Assembly: GCA_963744995.1 (NCBI GenBank)
Contig: CAVUWA010000009.1
Location: 32,001-96,000 of the forward strand
Source of the DNA: Candidatus Eiseniibacteriota bacterium
GTDB lineage: Bacteria > Eisenbacteria > RBG-16-71-46
Length of the DNA stretch: 64,000 nt
Reading direction: 5' to 3'
Shown: positions 1 to 9,319 of the stretch, piece after piece
How the letters are laid out: each line of letters starts with the position of its first letter
Numbering within the stretch: the first letter of the stretch is position 1
Program-made: the position numbers and the translations under genes
The notes under the pieces: generated by a model
Database searches by the model: none
The model's input: only the letters and a program-made list of their open reading frames with translations
What the model was told of the DNA's origin: nothing

Positions 1-800
1 TGCGTCAGCCAGCCCCGCGCGTAGCGAACGCGGCCGTTCATGTCCCCCGAGAGCCCGCGCTTCTCCTGGGTGCTGTTCGACAGGTCGAGCACGCCGGTGA
101 ACACGTTAAGTTCCGAAGTCAGCCCGCCGCCCGGCTGCTGGCGTGAACGTGCCGAGAACTGGAACTCGTTCTTGGTCTCGCCCTCGTTGGAGACCGATCC
201 CGGGTCGTGGGTGTCGTAACGGGAGAGGTTCGCCCGCCCGCCGAGCGACAGGTTCGGTGAGAACTTCCAGCCCAGTTCCGACACCGAGTTGCGTGTCTGG
301 CGAACCGCGGTCCGGCCGCTGATGCGGTAACGCTCCATGTTGATGTTGGTCGTGTTGTTGATGAACAGCGGTCCGTTCACGAGCTTGTAGCCGGAGTTGT
401 TCTCCCAGGTCGTGCGGGTCTGGAAGATTCCATAGTTGGAGGTGTAGTTGAACGTCTGCTGGCGCGGCAGCGAGGCCGCGAGCGGATTGAACTGCTCGCG
501 TTCCATCACCGGGCCGACGCTGTCGACCGGCAGGCCGAGACTGTCCGAGAGCCACACGATCCGGGCGAGCGGCAGCTTGAAACGGACCGCGATCGATCGC
601 AGCGTGTCCGGGGTGATGCGCAGACTGTCCGCGAGCTCGAAGAGACCGGTGAAATGCAGGTCCAGCGTGTCGCGCAGCAGCGTGGTGTCGGCGTAGAAGA
701 ACCGGTCCTGGCTCTGCTGGGCACGCCCGGGCAGGACCGCAGCCGTCAGTCCAACCGCAAGCAGTACAATGGTTAATGGACTTCGGCGAGGATCGGTCAT
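1..800 (-). CDS. Secreted, probably outer-membrane beta-barrel protein (3' end runs off the window; absent from the ORF track)
   Basis: Manual translation from ATG 800 is open to the window edge. It begins MTDPRRSPLTIVLLAVGLTAAVLPGRA-QQ (signal peptide) and later shows alternating beta-strand patterns (SELGWKF, LSLGGRANLSRY, NEFQFSARSR). Confidence 0.75.
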   Translation of the reverse strand, partial: MTDPRRSPLTIVLLAVGLTAAVLPGRAQQSQDRFFYADTTLLRDTLDLHFTGLFELADSLRITPDTLRSIAVRFKLPLARIVWLSDSLGLPVDSVGPVMEREQFNPLAASLPRQQTFNYTSNYGIFQTRTTWENNSGYKLVNGPLFINNTTNINMERYRISGRTAVRQTRNSVSELGWKFSPNLSLGGRANLSRYDTHDPGSVSNEGETKNEFQFSARSRQQPGGGLTSELNVFTGVLDLSNSTQEKRGLSGDMNGRVRYARGWLT

Positions 801-846
801 GCGGGTGTCGGAGCGGCGGGGCAAGCACAGGTCGCCGTGAAGGAGG

Positions 847-876
847 AGCCTATCACCCGTTCGGAACGAGGGTCAA
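847..876 (-). promoter_or_regulatory. Putative sigma-70 promoter of the outer-membrane protein gene
   Basis: Minus strand TTGACC-N18-TAGGCT with an extended -10 TG, about 50 nt upstream of ATG 800. Confidence 0.5.
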
Positions 877-991
877 CGCTGCGCGCGGTACGTCCACGCA
901 TCGAGATACCCCGCGCACGGCCTCTCAGGTCCAGGTGCCGCGGCCCGTGACGGCCGCGGCGCCGGCGCTCTGCACGGCGCGACCGCGGGGC

Positions 992-1025
992 AAAGGAGAA
1001 GGCCGGCGCCTTGCGACGCCGGCCC
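992..1025 (-). terminator. Intrinsic terminator-like hairpin
   Basis: Minus strand GGCCGGCGTC-GCAA-GGCGCCGGCC (GNRA loop) followed by TTCTCCTTT. Confidence 0.55.
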
Positions 1026-1109
1026 GCACGAGTGCCTGGAGAGCCATGGAGGGGCACCCGAGTCCCATGTGTGGTGCGAGGCGACAGGCACGGACCCGCC
1101 GCTCACGCT
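992..1109 (-). ncRNA. Candidate ~118-nt small RNA
   Basis: Lies between a sigma-54-type promoter (1121-1135) and a terminator hairpin. Contains an 8-bp stem whose loop reads CCUCCAUGGCUCUCCA. No SD-led ORF inside. Confidence 0.45.
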
Positions 1110-1120
1110 TTCGAGTATGG

Positions 1121-1135
1121 GCAAGGAGCGGGCCA
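1121..1135 (-). promoter_or_regulatory. Putative sigma-54 (-24/-12) promoter
   Basis: Minus strand TGGCCCG-CTCC-TTGC, one mismatch to consensus TGGCACG-N4-TTGC. Confidence 0.5.
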
Positions 1136-1452
1136 TGACCCCGGTGCGCGCGTGTAACCCGTTCGGCCCGATGGCGTTCGGCCGGCGGCCCACGACGCGG
1201 CCGGCGTCCGCGAAGGGCGGCGTGCGGAGAAACCGTCACGTTTCCCGACAGGCCCGACGCGCCGGCCCGGGGCCAGGTGCGTCCTTCGATGGCGCAGGTC
1301 GCCGGCCCGGGCCCGCGCGCGGAGGCGGGCTCCGCCGCCCGGGACCGGGCGCCGCGCGCCGCGCACGCTCGCGACCTGCGGCCGGGTGCCGCCCTCCCAG
1401 GCTTCGGTACGGGGACGGTTGCGGATTCGCGCCGGCGGCGCAGGCAATCGCC

Positions 1453-1482
1453 TTGCCGGGCTCAAGTTTCAGGTGCTAGCGT
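1453..1482 (+). promoter_or_regulatory. Putative sigma-70 promoter of the mre operon
   Basis: TTGCCG-N18-TAGCGT with an extended -10 TG. Confidence 0.4.
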
Positions 1483-1542
1483 GCCGAAACCCGAATGGGC
1501 AGGGACGCCCCGAACTCCTCACTCGCGCCTCCTCGCCCGTGA

Positions 1543-2628
<1,086 letters not shown>

Positions 2629-2632
2629 GTCC

Positions 2633-3442
2633 ATGGGAGGGTTCCTCCCCAGCGCCGAGCGGCGCAGTACCGCGCTCCTCGCCACCTATACGGTCGTCTC
2701 GCTGCTGTTGCTGGTGGTGGGTGACCGCCTGCCGCAGAGCTGGCTGCGCAGTGCCGGGGCGCATCTGTTCGCGCCGCTCGACCGCGTGGTGCTGCTCGGC
2801 GACCGGGTCGGCACCGCGTGGCGCGAGAGCCGCCAGCTGCACGAACGGATCAGCGCGCTCGAGGTCGAGAACGCCGCGCTGCGTGCCGCGGGCGTCGAGA
2901 ACGACTCGCTGCGCCGCGCGCTCGATCTGCCGCGCCGTGGCCCGTTCGACTACGCGCCGGTCGAGGTGCTGTCGCTCTCGGGGACGCCGGTGCCGGTGGC
3001 CGCGACCCTGAGCGCCGGGAAGAACCGCGGCATCCACGTCGGCGACGCGGTGGTCACCCCGCAGGGTCTGCTGGGCCGGATCAGCGAGTGCTACGGCGCG
3101 GCGAGCCGGGTCACGCTGCTCACCGATCCCGTCTCCGTCGTCGCCTGCGAAGTGGAGAGCACCGGCGTGCTCGGTCTGCTGCGCGCGACGACCGCGCCGT
3201 ACCCGCGGCTGATCCTCACCGACGTGCCGCTCGGCGACACCGTGCGGGTCGGCCAGCGGGTGCTGAGCTCCGGCATGTCGAGGCGCTTTCCGGAGCACCT
3301 GCCGGTCGGGCGGATCGCGCGCATCGGCCGCGAGAAGAGCGGCCTGCTGCAGGAGATCGAGGTCGAGCCCGATGCGCGGCTGTCGCGCCTGCGCCACGCG
3401 TTCGTGCTGCGCGGGACCTGGGACGACGAGGTCCAGCCATGA
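2633..3442 (+). CDS. mreC: Rod shape-determining protein MreC
   Basis: N-terminal TM helix, coiled coil (ENAALR...ENDSLRRAL), GLLGRI, FPEHLPVG; follows mreB. Confidence 0.92.
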   Translation: MGGFLPSAERRSTALLATYTVVSLLLLVVGDRLPQSWLRSAGAHLFAPLDRVVLLGDRVGTAWRESRQLHERISALEVENAALRAAGVENDSLRRALDLPRRGPFDYAPVEVLSLSGTPVPVAATLSAGKNRGIHVGDAVVTPQGLLGRISECYGAASRVTLLTDPVSVVACEVESTGVLGLLRATTAPYPRLILTDVPLGDTVRVGQRVLSSGMSRRFPEHLPVGRIARIGREKSGLLQEIEVEPDARLSRLRHAFVLRGTWDDEVQP

Positions 3443-3951
3443 AGGCGCTCGGCGGCTTCATCCTGCTGATCGCCGTGGCGCTGCTGCTGCGCTCGACGGC
3501 GCTCTCGGCGCTCGCCGCGCGCGGCGTGGTCATCGACGTGCTGGTGTTCGTCACCATGGTCTGGGCGCTGCGCTACGGCGAGTCGGCCGGCGTCACGTTC
3601 GGCTTCTTCATCGGCCTCGCGGCCGACCTCGACGCGGCGCACTGGCTGGGCCGCCACGCGCTGGTGCTGGCCTTGCTCGGCTACGTGATCGGCCGGCTGA
3701 GCCACACGCTGGTGCGCGAGAGCGTGCGGACGCAGCTGGTGCTGATCGCGGTCGCCACCCTGGTGCACCAGGTATGGGCCACGGCGTTCGAGCTGCAGGG
3801 GCTCGCCGGCTGGCCGTACCTGCTGCAGCGGGTGCTGCTCGCGATGCTCGCCACGGCGCCGCTCGGCGCCTTCCTGCTCACCCTGGTGGGCCGCGTCAGC
3901 GGCCGGGGACTGTTCGCCGATGCCACCCACGACACGGGTCCGACAGCTTAG
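3439..3951 (+). CDS. mreD: Rod shape-determining protein MreD
   Basis: Hydrophobic ~170 aa with GFFIGLAAD; ATGA overlap with mreC. Confidence 0.88.
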   Translation: MKALGGFILLIAVALLLRSTALSALAARGVVIDVLVFVTMVWALRYGESAGVTFGFFIGLAADLDAAHWLGRHALVLALLGYVIGRLSHTLVRESVRTQLVLIAVATLVHQVWATAFELQGLAGWPYLLQRVLLAMLATAPLGAFLLTLVGRVSGRGLFADATHDTGPTA

Positions 3952-5761
3952 GGAGGAGCGCGCCATCCTGCTCTCGGGCCTGGTCGCGGCCGGGCTCGGG
4001 GTGATCGTGCTCGGTCTCCTCAGGCTGCAGGTGGTCGAGCACGAACACTTCCGCGACCTGGCGAAGAACAACCGCGTGCGCATGGAGGTGCTGCGCGCGC
4101 CGCGCGGCGCCATCTACGACCGCCACGGCGAGCTGCTCGCCGACAACCGGCCGAGTTTCAAGATCGTGTTCCGGCCGTTTCCCGCCGAAAGCGCGCGTCG
4201 CATCCAGTTCGACGCGCGCTGGTACGCCAGCGCGGCGGCGATCACCGAGGTCGACAGCGCGACGATCGCGGACGCGGTCCGGCAGGCCAACGGCTCGGGA
4301 CAGTCCGTGGTGCTGCGCGAGAACGCGCCGTTCGAGGTGATGGCCGCGGTCGAGGAGCTCGGCGAGCGCATTCCGGGCGTCGAGGTGGTGGTCGAGCCGC
4401 TGCGCCACTATCCGCACGGGGCGCTCGCGGCGCACGTGCTCGGCTACGCCGGTGAGATCAACGAGCAGGAACTCGAACGCGGTGCCGACGCCGGCTACCG
4501 GCCGGGGGACCTCATCGGCCGCAGCGGCGTCGAGCGCGCCTACGAGTCGCAGCTGCGCGGGGAGGACGGCGCGGAATTCGTGGTCGTGAACGCGATGGGG
4601 CAGCGGGTCTCGACGTTGACCGAGGGGCCGCCGCGGTTGCCGATCCCGGGGCAGAACCTGGTGCTCACCATCGATCTGCGGGTGCAGACCGCGCTCGAGA
4701 ACGCGATGGCGAACGTGGATCGCGGCGCCGCGGTCGCGCTCGATCCCCGCGACGGCGGCGTGCTCGCGATGGTGAGCCGCCCGGCGTTCGATCCCAACGA
4801 GTTCTCGGTGGGGCTCTCGGAGGAGCGCTGGCGCGAGATGAACGAAGGCGGCGCGAATCCGCTGCTGAACCGCGCGATCCAGGGGGCCTACCCGCCGGGT
4901 TCCACGTTCAAGATCGTGTCCATGCTGGCGGCGCTCGCCGACGGACTGGTGCGGCCGGACACCCACCTCGCGCCCTGCTTCGGCAGCTGGGTGTTCGCCG
5001 GGCGCGCGTTCCGCTGCTGGAAGCCCTCGGGGCACGGTGCCCTCAACATCATCGAGGCGTTGCAACACTCGTGCGACGTGTTCTTCTACCAGCTCGGTCC
5101 GCGCCTCGGCCTCGAGCGGCTCGGGGCGGCGTCGCGCGCGCTCGGGCTCGGCAGCGAGACCGGCATCGATCTGCCGCAGGAGCGCGGCGGCCTGGTGCCG
5201 GACCGCGCCTGGTACGACCGCAGGAAGGACGGGCACTTCCGCGAGAGCCTGATGCTGAATCTGGTGATCGGGCAGGGCGAGTTGCTGCTCACGCCGCTGC
5301 AGCTCGCCCTGATGACGGCCGAGGTCGCACGTTCGGGCGCGCCGCTCGAGCCGCACGTGCTGCGCGCCGTACGCGGCGGCCAGACCCCGCACCGCGCGCC
5401 GTCGTCGCGCGCGGGATTTGCGGCCGACGCCGCCACCTGGGACGCGGTGCACACGGCGATGGAGCGGGTGGTGAGCGAAGGCACCGGCACCGCCGCCAGG
5501 GTTCCGGGCACGCGGGTCGCGGGCAAGACCGGCACCGCGCAGAATCCGCACGGCCAGGACCACGCGCTGTTCGTCTGCTACGCGCCCGCGGACCATCCCG
5601 AGATCGCGATGGCGGTCGTGGTCGAGAACGCGGGCCACGGCGGCAGCGTCGCCGCGCCGATCGCGGGTCAGGTGCTGCGCGAGCTGTTCATGCCGGACTC
5701 GCTGCGCGCGGACTGGAAGCCCCCCGTCCCCGAGTCCGCCGGGATGGTCTTCGGTGACTAG
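3920..5761 (+). CDS. mrdA: Penicillin-binding protein 2
   Basis: APRGAIYDRHG, GSTFK (SxxK), SCD, KTGTAQ. Confidence 0.95.
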   Translation: MPPTTRVRQLREERAILLSGLVAAGLGVIVLGLLRLQVVEHEHFRDLAKNNRVRMEVLRAPRGAIYDRHGELLADNRPSFKIVFRPFPAESARRIQFDARWYASAAAITEVDSATIADAVRQANGSGQSVVLRENAPFEVMAAVEELGERIPGVEVVVEPLRHYPHGALAAHVLGYAGEINEQELERGADAGYRPGDLIGRSGVERAYESQLRGEDGAEFVVVNAMGQRVSTLTEGPPRLPIPGQNLVLTIDLRVQTALENAMANVDRGAAVALDPRDGGVLAMVSRPAFDPNEFSVGLSEERWREMNEGGANPLLNRAIQGAYPPGSTFKIVSMLAALADGLVRPDTHLAPCFGSWVFAGRAFRCWKPSGHGALNIIEALQHSCDVFFYQLGPRLGLERLGAASRALGLGSETGIDLPQERGGLVPDRAWYDRRKDGHFRESLMLNLVIGQGELLLTPLQLALMTAEVARSGAPLEPHVLRAVRGGQTPHRAPSSRAGFAADAATWDAVHTAMERVVSEGTGTAARVPGTRVAGKTGTAQNPHGQDHALFVCYAPADHPEIAMAVVVENAGHGGSVAAPIAGQVLRELFMPDSLRADWKPPVPESAGMVFGD

Positions 5762-6983
5762 GCCGATCCCGCGCCGGCGCCTGCCGGCGCTCGACTGGCA
5801 GCTGCTCGCGGCCGTGTTCGGCCTCGTGATCATCGGCCTCGCGACGGTCTACAGCGCGACCTCGATTCCCGGCGCGCACGAGGGCCTGTGGACGCGGCAG
5901 CTGGCCTGGGCCGGCGTCGCGCTCGTCGCTGCGTGGATCGCGGCCGGGATCCACTACCGCGCCTACGACGCGCTGGCATGGCCGCTCTACGGTATCGCGC
6001 TGGCGCTGCTGGTGCTGGTGCTCGGCATCGGCACGAGCGCATACGGGGCGAAGCGCTGGCTCGAATTCGGCGCGTTCAGGTTCCAACCGTCCGAGCTCGC
6101 GAAGATCGCCACGGTGATCGTGCTCGCGCGCGTGCTAGACAATCCGAACCTCGACCTGCGCCGGGTCCGCTGGTGGCTGCCGCCCATGCTGCTCACGCTG
6201 GTGCCGTTCCTGCTGGTGCTGCGCGAGCCGGATCTCGGCACCTCGCTGTCGTTCCCGATCATTCTGATCGCGATGTACTACTGGGCGGGGATGCCGCTGT
6301 CCACGCTGGCGCTCGGTCTCTCGCCAGCCCTGAACCTCGTGCTGTTCTTCGCCACCGGCTCGCTGTGGTGGTTCGCCGGTCTGCTCACGCTCACGCTCGG
6401 CGCCATCCGGCCGCGGCTCTCGGTGCTCGTGCTGGTGGTGGCCGTGAACGGCGCCATGGCCGTGGCGCTGCCGCACGCGTGGAACCATCTGCACGACTAC
6501 CAGAAGCGCAGGATCGAAACGTTCCTCAATCCCGGGCAGGATCCGCATGGCGCCGGCTATCAGATCATCCAGTCGAAGATCGCCATGGGCTCGGGCGGCG
6601 TGACCGGCAAGGGCTACCTCAAGGGCACGCAGAAGGCGCTCGCCTTCCTGCCCATGCGTCACACCGACTTCATCTTCTCCGTCGTAGGGGAGGAACTCGG
6701 GTTGGTGGGGACGCTGGTGGTGGTGCTACTTTACGGCGTCCTGCTGCTGCGCGGCCTGCGCGTGGCGACGGTGGCTCGCAACGGCTTCGCCAGCCTGCTG
6801 GTGGTGGGCCTGATCTCCGCCTTCTTCTATCACGTCTCGGTGAACATTCTCATGACGATCGGCTGGGCGCCGGTCACGGGGCTGCCGTTGCCGCTGCTTT
6901 CGTACGGCGGCACCGCACTGATCGTCAACGGCATCGAAATAGGCCTGATCATGAACGTCGCCATGCGGCGCACGGAGTTCTGA
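5754..6983 (+). CDS. rodA: SEDS peptidoglycan polymerase RodA
   Basis: GAKRW, FQPSELAK, EPDLGT, HTDFIFS, LPLLSYGG. Confidence 0.96.
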   Translation: MTRPIPRRRLPALDWQLLAAVFGLVIIGLATVYSATSIPGAHEGLWTRQLAWAGVALVAAWIAAGIHYRAYDALAWPLYGIALALLVLVLGIGTSAYGAKRWLEFGAFRFQPSELAKIATVIVLARVLDNPNLDLRRVRWWLPPMLLTLVPFLLVLREPDLGTSLSFPIILIAMYYWAGMPLSTLALGLSPALNLVLFFATGSLWWFAGLLTLTLGAIRPRLSVLVLVVAVNGAMAVALPHAWNHLHDYQKRRIETFLNPGQDPHGAGYQIIQSKIAMGSGGVTGKGYLKGTQKALAFLPMRHTDFIFSVVGEELGLVGTLVVVLLYGVLLLRGLRVATVARNGFASLLVVGLISAFFYHVSVNILMTIGWAPVTGLPLPLLSYGGTALIVNGIEIGLIMNVAMRRTEF

Positions 6984-6985
6984 AC

Positions 6986-7774
6986 CTGTATCCGGAACTG
7001 TTCCACTGGGGCCCGATTCACGTCCGCTCGTACGGACTCATGCTCGCGATCTCGTTCCTCGTGGGCACCTGGATCGCGCTGCGCGAGGCGCGCCGCCTGA
7101 ATCTGGACGAGGACCGTCTGGTGACCGTCATCCTCGTCGCACTGGTGGCGGGCGTCCTCGGTGCGCGGGCGATGTACGTCATCGAGCACGTCGAGCAGTT
7201 CCGCCGCGAGTGGGCGAGCGTGCTCGCGCTCTGGCAGGGCGGGCTCACCCTCTACGGCGGCGTCATCGCCGGCGCGGCCGCGGCGCTCCTGGTGGCGCGC
7301 CGCGCGCAGCTGCCGATGTGGACCGTGGCCGACGCGCTCACGCCATCCCTGGCGCTCGGGATGATGTTCGGGCGGGTCGGCTGCTTCCTGAACGGCTGCT
7401 GCTACGGCCATCCGACCTCCATGCCGTGGGGCGTGGTGTTCCCGCCCGATTCGTTCGCGGGGCTCGAGTTCGGCTCCGCGCCGGTACACCCGTCACAGCT
7501 CTACTTTTCCGCCGCCGGGCTCGTCCTGTTCGTGCTGCTGTGGGCGGTGCGCACCCGCATCCGCACGCCGGGTGTGCTGTTCTGGGCTTTCGTCGCGCTG
7601 TTCGGCCTGACCCGCATTCCGCTCGACATGACGCGTGCCTACGACGCGCAGGCTCAGGTCGCCCGCCTCGGCGGCATGACGATCACCGAGAGCCAGGTGA
7701 TGAGCTTCGCGATGGCGCTGTTCGCGGCGCTGATGATCCTGCGTTTGCGCCGGCAGGCCCGACCGGCCTCCTGA
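6986..7774 (+). CDS. lgt: Prolipoprotein diacylglyceryl transferase (apparent CTG start)
   Basis: YPELFHWGPIHVRSYGLM, GGLTLYGG, GRVGCFLNGCCYG, HPSQLY. Start inferred at CTG 6986 (or 6980). Confidence 0.92.
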   Translation: MYPELFHWGPIHVRSYGLMLAISFLVGTWIALREARRLNLDEDRLVTVILVALVAGVLGARAMYVIEHVEQFRREWASVLALWQGGLTLYGGVIAGAAAALLVARRAQLPMWTVADALTPSLALGMMFGRVGCFLNGCCYGHPTSMPWGVVFPPDSFAGLEFGSAPVHPSQLYFSAAGLVLFVLLWAVRTRIRTPGVLFWAFVALFGLTRIPLDMTRAYDAQAQVARLGGMTITESQVMSFAMALFAALMILRLRRQARPAS

Positions 7775-7799
7775 CCCGCCCCCGATGGGAGACGCCCGC

Positions 7800-8603
7800 A
7801 TGGATCTTGCGGTGCTGGGCGACCCGCTCGACTACACCCTGTCTCCGGCGCTGCATGAGGCCGGGCTCGCCGCGCTCGGCATCGCCGGGGCCTCGCGGGC
7901 GATCCGCACCCGCGCCGCGGAGCTCGCCGGACGGCTGGACACGCTCGAGGCCGAGGGACTGCGCGGCGTCAACCTGACCATGCCGCTCAAGGAGGCGGTG
8001 CTGCCGCTGCTCGAGCGCGTCTCGGAGAGCGCGGCACGCGCGCGCTCGGTCAACACGGTGGTGTTCGACCCCGTGGGGCGCACCGGCGCATCGACGGACG
8101 GCCCGGGCTTTCTCGACCTGCTCGCCGTGGAGGGCCTCGATCCTCAGGCGCAGCGCGTGGTGTTCCTCGGCGCGGGCGGGGCGGCGCGAAGCGTGGCCGC
8201 GGCGCTGGCCGGCGCGGGCGCGCGCTCGGTGCGCGCGGCGACGCGCGATCCCGCGCGTCATGCCGGCACCTTCCGCGCACTCGGGCTCGATCCGCCGCTC
8301 GCGCTGGACGGGGCGGAGGTGCACGCCGCGCTCGCCGCCGCCACGCTGGTGATCCAGGCGACGCCGCTGCGCGAGCTCGAAGGGCCGCTCGATCCCGCCC
8401 TCGTCCCCGTCGAGGCCGTCGCCATCGACATGGGCTACGGGGCCGGGCCGACGCCGTGGGTGCTCGCGCTGCGCGCGCGCGGGGTACGCGCCCGGGACGG
8501 GCTCGGCATGCTCGTCCATCAGGCGCGCCGATCGCTCGCGCTCTGGACGGGCCGCGACGTGCCGCTGCCGACGCTGTGGGCCGCGGCCCACCGGGGGCGC
8601 TGA
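7800..8603 (+). CDS. aroE: Shikimate dehydrogenase
   Basis: TLSPALH, NLTMPLK, VNT, TDGPGF, GAGGAARS, DGLGMLVHQA. Confidence 0.9.
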   Translation: MDLAVLGDPLDYTLSPALHEAGLAALGIAGASRAIRTRAAELAGRLDTLEAEGLRGVNLTMPLKEAVLPLLERVSESAARARSVNTVVFDPVGRTGASTDGPGFLDLLAVEGLDPQAQRVVFLGAGGAARSVAAALAGAGARSVRAATRDPARHAGTFRALGLDPPLALDGAEVHAALAAATLVIQATPLRELEGPLDPALVPVEAVAIDMGYGAGPTPWVLALRARGVRARDGLGMLVHQARRSLALWTGRDVPLPTLWAAAHRGR

Positions 8604-9319
8604 TGGCCGCACTCGCGCGAGGCGCACGCCACTGGCGGCGCAGGTGGGTCCCGCGCCTGCTGGACCTCGCCGCGTTCGCCTATCCGCAGCGCTGCCCGGC
8701 GTGCGGGGCCCCGGCGCGGGCGGCGACGCTGCTCTGCGAGACGTGCCTGGCGGAGCGGCCGCCGGTTCCGTTCGAGCTCTGTGCCCGCTGTCTCGTGCGC
8801 GGCCGGGAACCGGTCGGCTGCCGCGCGCATCCGGGGCGCGGCGTGCACGCGGCGTGGCTCTACGACGAGCCCGCGCGGGCGTTCGTGCACGCGCTCAAGT
8901 TCGGCGCTCGCCCGCGGCTCGCGGCCGCGGCGGCGCCGGCGCTCGCCGCGGCCCTCGCCGCGCCGCATCTGGACCTGGTCACCGCCGTGCCGCTCCATCC
9001 CGTGCGCGGGCGCCTGCGCGGGTACAATCAGGCGGCGGCGCTGGCCGATGCCGCGGCCGGCGCGCTGGGCGTGCCGTTCGCGGACGGGCTGATCGAACGG
9101 GTGCGGGTGACCGGGGCGCAGGCGCGGTTGCCGGGGGCGCGGCGCAGGGCGAATCCCGCCGGCGCGTTCCGCGCGCCGCGGCCGGCGCGCCTCGCGGGAA
9201 GGAGTGTGTTGATCGTGGACGACGTCATGACCACCGGGGCGACGATGGACGCGTGCCTGGCGGCGCTCGCCGCCGCCGGCGCGCGCGGGCGCGGCCTGGT
9301 GCTGGCGTGGGCGCAATGA
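8603..9319 (+). CDS. comF: ComF family protein (double zinc ribbon plus phosphoribosyltransferase domain)
   Basis: CPAC/CETC/CARC, VPLH...RGYNQA, IVDDVMTTGAT. Confidence 0.9.
   Translation: MAALARGARHWRRRWVPRLLDLAAFAYPQRCPACGAPARAATLLCETCLAERPPVPFELCARCLVRGREPVGCRAHPGRGVHAAWLYDEPARAFVHALKFGARPRLAAAAAPALAAALAAPHLDLVTAVPLHPVRGRLRGYNQAAALADAAAGALGVPFADGLIERVRVTGAQARLPGARRRANPAGAFRAPRPARLAGRSVLIVDDVMTTGATMDACLAALAAAGARGRGLVLAWAQ

Noticed and set aside
1000..1130. Plus-strand GGA motifs as a CsrB/RsmZ-like RNA
   Set aside because: The promoter, GNRA loop, G-U pairs and pyrimidine tail all favour the minus strand.
5888..7774. 628-aa extended Lgt, and similarly extended ORFs at 2818, 8644, 25809, 33601, 43254, 45138, 30819-32945 and 60862-62655
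   Set aside because: The extensions overlap real upstream genes in another frame and reflect stop-codon scarcity at high GC.
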